64,000 bases of DNA from Oscillospiraceae bacterium (GTDB taxonomy: Bacteria; Bacillota; Clostridia; Oscillospirales; Ruminococcaceae), in the NCBI GenBank assembly GCA_030153485.1, contig JAGUQX010000002.1, positions 26,250-90,249 on the forward strand, in the 5' to 3' direction. Below are positions 35,349 through 45,214 of this stretch, in pieces. Within the stretch, counting starts at the first letter, position 1, and each line of letters opens with the position of its first letter. The notes under the pieces are model-generated. The model ran no database searches. It was not told the DNA's origin and worked only from the letters and a program-made list of their open reading frames with translations. A program made the translations under genes and the position numbers.

Positions 35349-36774
35349 TGAATTCTTTGATGCTTTAGAGATGTTTGAAAAAGAAAAGGGAATATCACAA
35401 GAATACCTTTTAGAAAAGATAAAAACAGCAATTTCTATAGCTATAAAAAAAGATTATAATTTGTTAGATAATTTTAAAATAGAGCTAGATAATATTTCTA
35501 GAAAATTTCGAGTGAGTATTATTAAAAAAGTTGTTGTTGATGTTGAGGATAAGTCGGAGGAGATTAGTCTAGAAAATGCATTAAGCCATAATAAAAGAGC
35601 AAGGCTAGGGGAAACAGTAGAGATAAAATTGGACACAAAACAACTTGGTAGAATAGCTGCACAGACGGCAAAAAGTGTTATAAAACAGTCTATCCGAGAT
35701 GCAGAAAGGGTTCAACTTTTAGAACAATATAACGAAAAGGTAGATAAAATTATTTCTGGAGTTGTTTTAAAGATAGATCCTAGAAATGGAAATTTAGTTG
35801 TAGAGAGTGAAAAACATGAGATCACACTTTTTGCAAATGAGCAAATTCCAGGAGAAACTTTTATAGAGGGAGATCGTATAAAAGTATATGTAACTGGGGT
35901 TATATCTACTGAAAAAAAATGCAATATGAAAATTTCTAGGGTTCATAAAGATTTTGTTAAAAAATTGTTTGAGTTAGAAGTTCCAGAGATAAATGATGGA
36001 GTTGTAACAGTTCAAGCCGTTTCTAGAGAAGCGGGAAGCAGATCTAAGATTGCTGTTTATACATTGGATTGTGATGTTGATCCAGTTGGATCTTGCATTG
36101 GGTCTAAAGGGATGAGGATTTTAAATATTGTTAAAGAGTTGAATGGTGAAAAAATAGATATAATAAAATATAATGAGAATATGGAGCAATTTATATCTGA
36201 AAGCTTATCACCATCTAAAGTTATTTCTACAAAAATTTTGGATGAAGAAGAAAAGACTTGTCGTGTTATAGTTCCAAAAGACCAACTTTCTTTGGCGATA
36301 GGGAATAGAGGACAGAATGCAAAACTTGCTGCAAGGCTTACAGGGTATAAGATAGATATTATATCCGATGAAATGGAGCTAGAAAATATTAGAGAAGCGG
36401 AAGAACTTGAGGCTAATGAGAAGTTAGAAGCTAGTTTGGTTGATGAAAACTTAGAGGTTGAAGCTAGTTTGGCGGATGAAAACTTAGAGGTTGAAGCTAG
36501 TTTGGCGGATGAAAACTTAGAGGTTGAAGCTAGTTTGGCGGATGAAAACTTAGAGGTTGAAGCTAGTTTGGTTGATGAAAACTTAGAGGTTGAAGCTAGT
36601 TTGGTTGATGAAAACTTAGAGGTTGAAGCTAGTTTGGTTGATGAAAACTTAGAGGTTGAAGCTAGTTTGGCGGATGAAAACTTAGAGGTTAAAGCTAGTT
36701 TGGTTGATGAAAACTTAGAGGTTGAAGCTAGTTTGGTTGATGAAAACTTAGAAGTTGAATCAGAGGATGTATAA
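35341..36774 (+). CDS. nusA: Transcription termination/antitermination factor NusA with a repeat-built acidic C-terminal extension
   Basis: NTD, S1 (ISGVVLKIDPRNGNLVVE) and two KH domains (GSCIGSKGMRI, AIGNRGQNAKLAARLTG), then the EASL(V/A)DENLEV repeats. Overlaps the rimP end by 8 nt. Confidence 0.95.
   Translation: MNNEFFDALEMFEKEKGISQEYLLEKIKTAISIAIKKDYNLLDNFKIELDNISRKFRVSIIKKVVVDVEDKSEEISLENALSHNKRARLGETVEIKLDTKQLGRIAAQTAKSVIKQSIRDAERVQLLEQYNEKVDKIISGVVLKIDPRNGNLVVESEKHEITLFANEQIPGETFIEGDRIKVYVTGVISTEKKCNMKISRVHKDFVKKLFELEVPEINDGVVTVQAVSREAGSRSKIAVYTLDCDVDPVGSCIGSKGMRILNIVKELNGEKIDIIKYNENMEQFISESLSPSKVISTKILDEEEKTCRVIVPKDQLSLAIGNRGQNAKLAARLTGYKIDIISDEMELENIREAEELEANEKLEASLVDENLEVEASLADENLEVEASLADENLEVEASLADENLEVEASLVDENLEVEASLVDENLEVEASLVDENLEVEASLADENLEVKASLVDENLEVEASLVDENLEVESEDV
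36427..36756 (+). repeat. Ten in-frame tandem copies of a 33-bp unit within nusA
   Basis: GAAGCTAGTTTGG(TT/CG)GATGAAAACTTAGAGGTT x10. Unit boundaries were verified against the nusA reading frame. Confidence 0.95.
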
Positions 36775-36881
36775 CAGAATAATTTAAAAATTTTAATATT
36801 TCTGTTTCTATAATTTTCTAAATTATATTTATTATATTGTTTATTATATAGGGGGATGTTAAAATAGAAATTATAAAGACT

Positions 36882-37136
36882 GTGAATCGTATGTGTGGAG
36901 GGTGTAGAAAACTATACCCTCGAACTAGCCTCATTAAAATTGTTCTTAAAGATAAACAAGATATATTTATAGATAAAACATATAAACAGGATGGTCGTGG
37001 ATGCTATGTTTGTAAAAATAATCAATGTTTTACTATTTTTAAAAAGAAAAAAGTTTTAGAAAGAAGTTTTAAGAAAAAAAAATTAGACGAAATATACGCG
37101 GATATAGAAGAGGAGATACAATTTTTTGGGAAATAA
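36882..37136 (+). CDS. ylxR: YlxR (RnpM) family RNA-binding protein, DUF448
   Basis: RMCGGCRK...LIKIV...D...GRGCYVC. Lies between nusA and the L7Ae-like gene. Start is GTG 36882 or ATG 36891. Confidence 0.8.
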   Translation: MNRMCGGCRKLYPRTSLIKIVLKDKQDIFIDKTYKQDGRGCYVCKNNQCFTIFKKKKVLERSFKKKKLDEIYADIEEEIQFFGK

Positions 37137-37440
37137 CTTTGGAAGTCTGCTTGGTTTAAGTAGAAAAGCAAATTTTTTAAACTATGGATTTGAAACTGTA
37201 AAATCACTTGTTTTAAAGGGTGAAGTTAAAGTTATCTTGATTACATATGATATATCAGATAAAACAAAAAAAGAAATAAATTATTTTATTAAAAATTTGT
37301 CTATACGTTTAATAGAAACAGAGTATTCTATGGAGGATATTGGTGTTTTTATAGGAAAAAAGACAAAAATAATTGGTCTTAAAGACGGTGGATTAACGGA
37401 TAAAATCGTATCAATATATAATTTGGAAAAAAAAGATTAG
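37126..37440 (+). CDS. ylxQ: L7Ae-family ribosome-associated protein YlxQ
   Basis: About 100 aa, LGLSRKANFLNYGFETV...GEVKVILIT. Conserved position before infB. Confidence 0.75.
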   Translation: MGNNFGSLLGLSRKANFLNYGFETVKSLVLKGEVKVILITYDISDKTKKEINYFIKNLSIRLIETEYSMEDIGVFIGKKTKIIGLKDGGLTDKIVSIYNLEKKD

Positions 37441-37452
37441 GAGGACTTTTAT

Positions 37453-39843
37453 ATGGTGATAAAATATAGAGTTCATGAATTGGCGAAAGATTTTAATATA
37501 GATAATAACGAAATAATTGAAGTTTTAAGTAGAAAATTTGGGTCTAATAAAAAATATATGGCGGCTCTTACAGAGAGAGAGCTTAATTATGTTTTTGAAT
37601 ATTATATAACAAAAAATGAGAAATCAGATTTTAATGAATATTTTGACCTTAAAAATAAAAAGATAGATATAGACAATGAAAAATCGATTGTGGACAAAAA
37701 TATAAAATCTGATAGATTTACAAAACAAACAGAGCTAATAACAGCAAATAAAAGTAGAATAGATAAGCCCTCTATCCAAAAAGGACAAGAAAAAGAAGAT
37801 GATTCTAAAGATAATACAATAAAAATTACTATGAAAGATTCTGGCGATTCATCAGCTAGATATGAAAAAGAAGTTACGCATATTGATACAAAGGCAGTTG
37901 CTGTAAATCTTGATAAATACAATGAAAAATATGAAAGAATTGCACCAACAAATAGCTTTAATAATTCTAAATTTACACAAAGAAAACAAAAATTTCAAAA
38001 TAAAAATAATAAAGGCGGATATCAAGGGATAAAAAAAGGAGAGACAGAGGCTCAAAAGTTGCAAAGATTGGCTTTAGAACGAGCTAGAAAACAACAATTA
38101 AAAGTTTTAATTCCAGAAGAGATTTCTGTTTCTGATTTAGCTATAAGACTAAAAGTTTCATCAACTCAAGTTATAAAAATATTGATGCCTTTGGGAATTA
38201 TGGCTAGCCAAAGCGAAGTTATAGACTTTGATACAGCAAGTCTGGTTGCAGAAGAATTGGGAGCAAGGGTTGAAAAAGAAATTGTTGTAACTATAGAGGA
38301 AAGATTATTTGACGAAACAGAAGATGTTGAAGAAAATTTGGTTACTAGAAGCCCTATTGTGGTTGTTATGGGACATGTTGATCATGGAAAAACATCCCTT
38401 TTAGATAAAATAAGAAACTCTGATGTTACAAGTGGAGAAGCAGGAGGAATTACTCAGCATATAGGGGCATATAAAGTTGCTATAAATGGCAGAGATATTG
38501 CTTTTTTAGATACACCAGGACATGAAGCGTTCACATCTATGAGGGCTAGAGGTGCATCTGTAACTGATGTGGCAATTCTAGTTGTAGCGGCAGATGATGG
38601 AATTATGCCACAGACAATCGAGGCAATAAACCATGCAAAAGAAGCAAATGTTGCTATAATTGTGGCTATGAATAAGGTTGATAAACCAGGGGCGAATATA
38701 GAAAAAATAAAGCAAGAACTTACAGAGCACGAGCTTGTTCCAGAGGAATGGGGCGGAGATATAATCTGTTGTCCTGTATCTGCAAAAACAGGAGAAGGAA
38801 TCGAAAATCTTTTAGAGATGGTTTTATTAGCATCCGATTTAAGAGATTTAAAATGCAACCCTAATAGACTAGCAAAAGGAACAGTTATTGAAGCGAAACT
38901 TAATGTAGGTAAAGGTCCTATTGCGACAATTCTTGTCCAAAACGGAACTTTAAGAGTTGGCGATGCAATAATTGCAGGAACATCAGTTGGAAGAGTTAGA
39001 CTAATGGTTGATGATAAAGGAAGATCAGTTAAAGAAGCAGGGGCATCTACACCAGTAGAGATTACTGGACTTGGAGAAGTTCCATCTGCGGGAGATTTAT
39101 TTAACTGTGTAGAAGACGAAAAATTGGCAAGAGAACTAGCAGATAGAAGAAAACATAAAGAAAAAGAAGAAAAATTTAAATCTGTAACAAAAGTAACTCT
39201 TGATAGTTTATTTACTCATATAGAAGAGGGGAAAATCAAAGAACTTGGAATTATAGTTAAAGCAGATGTACATGGATCTATAGAAGCTATAAAAGAATCT
39301 TTGCTAAAACTTTCTAATGAAGAGGTTCGCGTTCGTATTATACATGGAGGGGTTGGAGCTATTTCTAAATCTGATGTTATGTTGGCAAATGCATCAGGGG
39401 CTATTATTATCGGATTTAACGTTAGACCACAGCCTATAGCACAGGATGAGGCGGATAAAGATGGTGTTGAACTTAGACTATATCGTGTTATATATGATGC
39501 TATAGATGATGTAAGACAGGCTATGAAGGGTATGTTAGATCCAAAAACTAGAGAGATCAATTTTGGACGAGTTGAAGTTCGTCAGGTTTATAAGATTACA
39601 AATGTAGGAACTATTGCAGGTTGCTATGTAATTGAAGGAAAAGTTGTTCGTTCTGCTCTAATCCGTGTTGTAAGAGATGGAATAGTTATATTTGAAGATA
39701 AGATAGACTCGTTAAAAAGATTTAAAGATGATGCTAAAGAAGTTGCACAGGGATATGAATGTGGTGTTGGACTTGTAAAATTCAACGATATAAAAGAAGG
39801 CGATATTTTAGAATCATTTACAATAGAAGAATATAGGGATTAG
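37453..39843 (+). CDS. infB: Translation initiation factor IF-2
   Basis: [24 protein letters not shown], full-length C-terminal domains. Confidence 0.97.
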   Translation: MVIKYRVHELAKDFNIDNNEIIEVLSRKFGSNKKYMAALTERELNYVFEYYITKNEKSDFNEYFDLKNKKIDIDNEKSIVDKNIKSDRFTKQTELITANKSRIDKPSIQKGQEKEDDSKDNTIKITMKDSGDSSARYEKEVTHIDTKAVAVNLDKYNEKYERIAPTNSFNNSKFTQRKQKFQNKNNKGGYQGIKKGETEAQKLQRLALERARKQQLKVLIPEEISVSDLAIRLKVSSTQVIKILMPLGIMASQSEVIDFDTASLVAEELGARVEKEIVVTIEERLFDETEDVEENLVTRSPIVVVMGHVDHGKTSLLDKIRNSDVTSGEAGGITQHIGAYKVAINGRDIAFLDTPGHEAFTSMRARGASVTDVAILVVAADDGIMPQTIEAINHAKEANVAIIVAMNKVDKPGANIEKIKQELTEHELVPEEWGGDIICCPVSAKTGEGIENLLEMVLLASDLRDLKCNPNRLAKGTVIEAKLNVGKGPIATILVQNGTLRVGDAIIAGTSVGRVRLMVDDKGRSVKEAGASTPVEITGLGEVPSAGDLFNCVEDEKLARELADRRKHKEKEEKFKSVTKVTLDSLFTHIEEGKIKELGIIVKADVHGSIEAIKESLLKLSNEEVRVRIIHGGVGAISKSDVMLANASGAIIIGFNVRPQPIAQDEADKDGVELRLYRVIYDAIDDVRQAMKGMLDPKTREINFGRVEVRQVYKITNVGTIAGCYVIEGKVVRSALIRVVRDGIVIFEDKIDSLKRFKDDAKEVAQGYECGVGLVKFNDIKEGDILESFTIEEYRD

Positions 39844-39873
39844 TTTTATATATAATAAGAGGAGGAGATTTTT

Positions 39874-40212
39874 TTGGGAAGTTTTAGACTGGCAAGAACA
39901 GAAGAAGATATAAAAAGAGAGATTACACTGATTATACCAACGCTTAAAGACTATAGAATAGATGGGATAATTACCGTGGTTAAGGTTGAACTTTCTAGTG
40001 ATCTATCCTACTGTAAAGTTTATATTAGTTGTCTTGGAGGAAGTTCGTCGACAAAAAAGGTAATTGAAGGTCTTGAAAGTGGTTGTGGATATATAAAAAA
40101 AGAAATTTCTCTTAGGGTTAAAATGAAAAAGATGCCAATTTTTACGTTTATAGAAGATAAATCATTAGAATATGCTAGTAAAATAAATAAAATTATTGAT
40201 AAATTGGTTTAA
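39874..40212 (+). CDS. rbfA: Ribosome-binding factor A
   Basis: TTG start 7 nt after GAGGAGG. R...EDIKREI, VKVELSSDLSYCKVYIS. Confidence 0.85.
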   Translation: MGSFRLARTEEDIKREITLIIPTLKDYRIDGIITVVKVELSSDLSYCKVYISCLGGSSSTKKVIEGLESGCGYIKKEISLRVKMKKMPIFTFIEDKSLEYASKINKIIDKLV

Positions 40213-40216
40213 AGGT

Positions 40217-41170
40217 ATGAATGTAAATTTAAATGATATTAGAAATTTTTTATTAGAACATGATAATTTTTTAATTTTAATGCATCAGAATCCAGATGGA
40301 GATACAACAGGAAGTGGATTTGGATTATATTATGGACTAAAGTCTATAGGAAAAAATGCAAGAGTTTTATGCAGTGATGATATTCCTGATATATATAAAT
40401 TTTTAAATAAAGAATATCAGGAAACTGATTTTATAGAACAATTTGTTATATCTGTTGATATTGGATCTGAAAATTTATTTGGAGATGGTTTGGAAAAATA
40501 TAAGGGTGGCGTAGATTTAAATATAGATCACCATTTTTCTAATGAAAATTTTGCAAAATATAATTATGTTGATGCTACATCAGCGTCTACTACCCAGATA
40601 ATATATGAAGTTTTAGATAAGATGGATATAGATTTATCTATTATTATGGGCAGATGTTTATATACTGGAATTTGTACAGATACAGGATGTTTTAGATATA
40701 GAAACACAACTTCTAAAACACATATGATAGCTTCTAAATTATTAGAACTAGATTTTGACCATAGTGAAATTGTGTATAACTTGATGGAAAGTAAATCTTT
40801 ACAAAAATTAGAGTTAGAAAAGCATATAATTAATAATATGAAATTTTATTTTGATGGCATAGTAGGAATAGCCTATATAACACAAGATATGATTGAAAAA
40901 TCAGGAGCTAGCCAATATGAAGTTGATGGTTTTTCGTCTTTTGTTCGTCAGATAAAAGGTGTAGAAATAGGAGTTACTATAAAAGAGAAGACCAAAACTT
41001 TTTGTAAAGTTTCTATAAGAACTTCTGGAAATTATGATGCTTCAATGATCTGTAGTATGTTTGGTGGCGGTGGTCATAAAAATGCGGCGGGCTGTATTTT
41101 CAACACCAGTGTAGAGGATGCTTTATCAGAATTGTTAGAACGAATAAAAAAAATAATAGATGGTGTTTAA
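40217..41170 (+). CDS. nrnA: DHH/DHHA1 phosphoesterase (NrnA-type oligoribonuclease / pAp phosphatase)
   Basis: HQNPDGDTTGS, DIDHHFSN, GGGGHKNAAG. ATG 40217 preferred over the track TTG 40196. Confidence 0.8.
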   Translation: MNVNLNDIRNFLLEHDNFLILMHQNPDGDTTGSGFGLYYGLKSIGKNARVLCSDDIPDIYKFLNKEYQETDFIEQFVISVDIGSENLFGDGLEKYKGGVDLNIDHHFSNENFAKYNYVDATSASTTQIIYEVLDKMDIDLSIIMGRCLYTGICTDTGCFRYRNTTSKTHMIASKLLELDFDHSEIVYNLMESKSLQKLELEKHIINNMKFYFDGIVGIAYITQDMIEKSGASQYEVDGFSSFVRQIKGVEIGVTIKEKTKTFCKVSIRTSGNYDASMICSMFGGGGHKNAAGCIFNTSVEDALSELLERIKKIIDGV

Positions 41171-42069
41171 TGAATGGAATAATTTGTGTAGATAAGCCCA
41201 AAGACTTTACATCTTTTGATGTTGTCGCGGTTATGAGAAAATGTTTTGATCAAAAAAAAATTGGTCATGGAGGAACATTAGATCCAATGGCAACAGGAGT
41301 TTTACCTATTTTTTTAGGAAGAGCGACAAAATCGATAGATCTTATAGAAAATCAAGAAAAAAAATATGAAGCAGAGTTCATTTTTGGAATATCAACAGAT
41401 ACGTTAGATATAACGGGAAAAGTTTTATCTAAATTTGATACAAAAGTCTCTCAAAAGGATTTTGAAGATGTCATAAAAACTTATATAGGAAATATAGAGC
41501 AGATTCCTCCTATGTATTCGGCTATAAAAATCGACGGAGTTAAACTTTATAAATTGGCGAGAGAGGGCAAACAAGTTGAAAGAAAGCCAAGAAGTGTAAC
41601 TATTGAGGATATAAAAACTCTTTTTTTTGATGAAAAAAATCAAAAGGGGAAAATAGAGGTTTGGTGTTCTAAAGGGACATACATAAGAAGCTTGATAGAT
41701 GATATAGGAAAAAGTTTGGGTACAGGTGCTACGCTTACCGAACTTAGAAGGACAAGGTCTACAATCTTTGATATATCAGAATGTTATACAATAGATGATA
41801 TAAAAAAATTTAAATTAGATAAAATATTAGAAAAAAAGATTTATTCTGTTGAAAAAATTTTTGAATATATGGATACTATATCTTTGGATAAAGATGGAAC
41901 AGAAAAGATTTTAAATGGAATAAAATTAGATTTGGATTTATTAAATTATTCTAAAAAAGTTATTAATTCAGAAAAAATTAAATTGAAAGATTATGAAGGA
42001 AAATTTTTAGGAATAGGAAATATAAATGCGGATATAAATAAATTAGAGATATATAAATTTATGTTTTAG
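41170..42069 (+). CDS. truB: tRNA pseudouridine(55) synthase TruB
   Basis: GHGGTLDPMATGVLPIF, IPPMYSAIK. The ATG shares one base with the nrnA stop. Confidence 0.95.
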   Translation: MNGIICVDKPKDFTSFDVVAVMRKCFDQKKIGHGGTLDPMATGVLPIFLGRATKSIDLIENQEKKYEAEFIFGISTDTLDITGKVLSKFDTKVSQKDFEDVIKTYIGNIEQIPPMYSAIKIDGVKLYKLAREGKQVERKPRSVTIEDIKTLFFDEKNQKGKIEVWCSKGTYIRSLIDDIGKSLGTGATLTELRRTRSTIFDISECYTIDDIKKFKLDKILEKKIYSVEKIFEYMDTISLDKDGTEKILNGIKLDLDLLNYSKKVINSEKIKLKDYEGKFLGIGNINADINKLEIYKFMF

Positions 42070-42080
42070 AGGGTATATAA

Positions 42081-43007
42081 ATGGATATCTTTTATGATAT
42101 TAGTAATGTTAATAGTAAGCCATCGGTTATAGCAGTTGGTTTTTTTGATGGAGTTCATATAGGACATATATCTGTAATAAAAAAAGCTGTTGAAATAGGA
42201 AAAAAGAATAAATTATATCCTAGCTTATTTACATTTAGAATGGACAAGTTTTTTCCAGAGAAAAAAAAGGAAATTAAAAGAATTATTCCCATTTATAAAA
42301 AGCTAGATATTTTTAAAAATTTAGGAATAAAGCAAACTTTTATTCCTTGTTTAGATGATATAATAGATTTAAGTCCGATAGAGTTTATAGAGGATGTATT
42401 GTTGAATAAGTTTAATGCAAAGAGCATAATTTGTGGAGAAGATTTTCGTTTTGGTAAATTTGCAAAGGGTGATGTAAATCTTTTAAAATCTGTTTCTGAA
42501 AAATATAATTTCACACTACATATTATAAAGAATATAGATTTATTAGGAGAAAAAGTTAGTTCTACAAATATAAGAAAAAAAATATCATTAGGAGATTTTA
42601 AAGAGGTTAATAGATATTTAGGATATCGATATTTTATAGAAGAAGAGGTTTTGATAGGAAGAAGATTAGGAAGACAACTGGGCTTTCCAACTATAAATCA
42701 GCTTATTCCTGATGATATTGTTCATCCTAGATATGGAATCTATGCATCTATAACTTATTTTGATAAAAAAATTTATAAAAGTGTAAGCCATATAGGGATA
42801 AAACCTAGTGTTGAAACAACATCAAAAAAAATTTTTTTAGAGACAAATATTTTTGATTTTGACAAAAATGTATATAATAAAATTCTTAAAGTAGAACTAT
42901 TAGAATTTATAGGAGAAGAAGAAAAATTCTCTAGTATGTATGATTTGAAAAAACAGATAGAGTTTTATTCAAAAAAATCGTATGAGATTTGTGATAATTA
43001 TATTTAA
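42081..43007 (+). CDS. ribF: Bifunctional riboflavin kinase / FAD synthetase
   Basis: GFFDGVHIGH, SSTNIRK, GFPTIN kinase domain. Confidence 0.9.
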   Translation: MDIFYDISNVNSKPSVIAVGFFDGVHIGHISVIKKAVEIGKKNKLYPSLFTFRMDKFFPEKKKEIKRIIPIYKKLDIFKNLGIKQTFIPCLDDIIDLSPIEFIEDVLLNKFNAKSIICGEDFRFGKFAKGDVNLLKSVSEKYNFTLHIIKNIDLLGEKVSSTNIRKKISLGDFKEVNRYLGYRYFIEEEVLIGRRLGRQLGFPTINQLIPDDIVHPRYGIYASITYFDKKIYKSVSHIGIKPSVETTSKKIFLETNIFDFDKNVYNKILKVELLEFIGEEEKFSSMYDLKKQIEFYSKKSYEICDNYI

Positions 43008-43012
43008 ATTGA

Positions 43013-43041
43013 TTGACAAGGCTATATTTAAGACTTATAAT
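43013..43041 (+). promoter_or_regulatory. Consensus sigma-A promoter for yceD-rpmF
   Basis: TTGACA (43013-43018), exactly 17 nt, TATAAT (43036-43041). Confidence 0.65.
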
Positions 43042-43070
43042 GTATTAAGTAGTTTTATAGAGGTATTTTT

Positions 43071-43571
43071 ATGATATTAAATATTAAAGATGTTCTTGAA
43101 AGTCCCGATATTAGGAAAGATTTTGAGTTTGATATATTTTTTGAAAAATCTCCTTTTGATGATAAAAATCCTTTAAATAAAAAGATTTTATTCACAGGAT
43201 ATTTAGAAAATAAACACTCGCTGGTTTCTTTATATATTTCAACTAAATTTAAACATCCTTTTTTATGTGATAGATGTCTTTGTGATTTTGAAGAAGAATT
43301 CTCTTTATCATATAATCATATAATTTCTAGGGATGAGTCTTATTGTAGTGAGGATGAAAAAGATGTTATACTTTGTGAAAACAATGTTATAGATCTTTCT
43401 GATATCTCTATATCTGATTTAATTATGTCTTCCCCTTTTAAAGTTTTATGTAAAAAAGAATGTGAGGGGATTTGTTTTAAATGTGGTATAGATTTGAATT
43501 ATAATTGTTGTAGTTGTAATAAAAAAGAAATTGACCCAAGATTACAGATTTTAGGACAATTATTGTCTTGA
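43071..43571 (+). CDS. yceD: YceD/DUF177 family protein (large-subunit rRNA accumulation)
   Basis: CDRCLCDF..., C-terminal CKKECEGICFKCGIDLN..C.C. Directly upstream of rpmF. Confidence 0.8.
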   Translation: MILNIKDVLESPDIRKDFEFDIFFEKSPFDDKNPLNKKILFTGYLENKHSLVSLYISTKFKHPFLCDRCLCDFEEEFSLSYNHIISRDESYCSEDEKDVILCENNVIDLSDISISDLIMSSPFKVLCKKECEGICFKCGIDLNYNCCSCNKKEIDPRLQILGQLLS

Positions 43572-43610
43572 TATATATTTATATATAAAATAAAGGAGGT
43601 GTTCTTACAA

Positions 43611-43796
43611 ATGGCAGTACCAAAAAGAAAAACGTCTAAATCAAGACGTGATAAGAGAAGATCAAGTGTTTGGAAATTGGATGTACCTGCATTTTCAAAA
43701 TGTACACAATGTGGAGAATTAAAGCTTCCTCACAGAGTTTGCTCCGAATGTGGATTTTATAAAGGACAACAAGTTCTTATAAAAAATGAAGCATAA
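43611..43796 (+). CDS. rpmF: 50S ribosomal protein L32
   Basis: [17 protein letters not shown] plus zinc ribbon CTQCGE...CSECG. ATG 43611 follows AAGGAGG (43593-43599). Confidence 0.95.
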   Translation: MAVPKRKTSKSRRDKRRSSVWKLDVPAFSKCTQCGELKLPHRVCSECGFYKGQQVLIKNEA

Positions 43797-43797
43797 T

Positions 43798-43833
43798 AAA
43801 AGGTAGGTAAGGAATTTCCTTATCCTACCTTTT
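43798..43833 (+). terminator. Rho-independent terminator after rpmF
   Basis: AAAAGGTAGGTAAGG / CCTTATCCTACCTTTT stem with one bulge and a 5-nt loop. Confidence 0.7.
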
Positions 43834-43870
43834 ATTTATATAAAATAGAATTATGATGAAAGGGAAAAGG

Positions 43871-45178
43871 ATGCCTGTTTTAATAGGAGAAGTTGTTTCT
43901 GGATCTATATGCGATAAAATAGGAATTTGTAAAGGAGACAGCTTAATATCAATAAATAATAATGATATTGCTGATGTTTTGGATTATGAATTTTATTGTT
44001 CTGAAGAAGAGTTAATGATAGAAATAGAAAAATCAGGAGATAAGAAAGAATATTCTATAGAAAAAGAAGAAGACGAAAGTCTAGGTTTGATATTTGATAC
44101 ATATCTTATGGATAAGCATAAGACGTGTAAAAATAAATGTATATTTTGTTTTATAGATCAGATGCCAAAAGGTAGAAGAGAAAGCCTATACTTTAAAGAT
44201 GATGATTCTAGGCTAAGTTTTTTGTTTGGAAATTATATAACCCTTACAAATTTGACCGATCATGAGGCAGATAGAATTATAAAGATGAAGATAAGTCCTA
44301 TAAATATATCTATACATACGACAAATCCAGAGCTTCGTGTAAAGATGATGGGAAATAAAAATTCTGGTGAAAGTTTAAAACATGTGGAAAACTTTGTAAA
44401 AGCTGGTATTAGTATAAATTGTCAGTTAGTTTTATGTCCAGGTATAAATGATGGGTTAGAACTAAAAAAAACAATAGAGACGATATTAGGATATGGGGAG
44501 AGTGTCCAGAGTGTCGCTTGTGTTCCTATAGGGATTACAAAGTTTAGAGATAATCTACATAAAATGGAAATATATAACCAGCAAACTGCATCAGAAACTA
44601 TAGATATAATAGAATCATATGGAAATATTTCTAAAAAAGAAAAAGGGGCTAGAAAATTTTATCCATCGGATGAATTTTTTTTAATAGCAAAAAGAAAGCT
44701 TCCTGATTATGATTATTATGATGATTTTGTCCAGCTTTCAAATGGAGTTGGAATGATTACTATGTTTGAGAGAGAGTTTTTTGATGGAATGGAATATATT
44801 TCAAAAGAGAATATTATCAAGCAAAAGGTGTCTATTGCAACTGGATATAGTGCATACGAGATGATAAAAGGTCTTATTATTAATTTAAATAAAAAATATC
44901 CTGATGTTGATTGTAAACTTTATCGAATTACAAATAATTTTTTTGGAGATACAATAACCGTTTCAGGACTTTTAACAGCAACTGATTTAATTGATCAGTT
45001 GAAAGATAAAGATTTAGGGGAATATCTTCTTTTGACGGAAAGTATGATTAAAGAAGATGGAAATCAAAGAATATTTTTAGATGATATAAGTGTAGAAGAA
45101 GTTGAAAAAACACTCAATGTTAAGATAAAAATGGTGTCAAATGATGGAAATAATTTATTAGAAAGCATCTTATATTAG
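43871..45178 (+). CDS. DUF512 protein (PDZ plus radical-SAM-like domain)
   Basis: N-terminal PDZ-like GICKGDSLISINN, CKNKCIFCFIDQMPKG..SLYFKDDD. Precedes der as in many Clostridia. The track start ATG 43853 is also possible. Confidence 0.7.
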   Translation: MPVLIGEVVSGSICDKIGICKGDSLISINNNDIADVLDYEFYCSEEELMIEIEKSGDKKEYSIEKEEDESLGLIFDTYLMDKHKTCKNKCIFCFIDQMPKGRRESLYFKDDDSRLSFLFGNYITLTNLTDHEADRIIKMKISPINISIHTTNPELRVKMMGNKNSGESLKHVENFVKAGISINCQLVLCPGINDGLELKKTIETILGYGESVQSVACVPIGITKFRDNLHKMEIYNQQTASETIDIIESYGNISKKEKGARKFYPSDEFFLIAKRKLPDYDYYDDFVQLSNGVGMITMFEREFFDGMEYISKENIIKQKVSIATGYSAYEMIKGLIINLNKKYPDVDCKLYRITNNFFGDTITVSGLLTATDLIDQLKDKDLGEYLLLTESMIKEDGNQRIFLDDISVEEVEKTLNVKIKMVSNDGNNLLESILY

Positions 45179-45214
45179 TTATAAAAATTTATTTAGAAGT
45201 TAGGTGGTGCATTT

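Noticed and set aside
36427-36756. A regular 33-bp repeat array that might be mistaken for a CRISPR array.
   Set aside because: The repeats are directly adjacent with no spacers, in frame within nusA, and encode a coherent peptide repeat. No cas genes are present.
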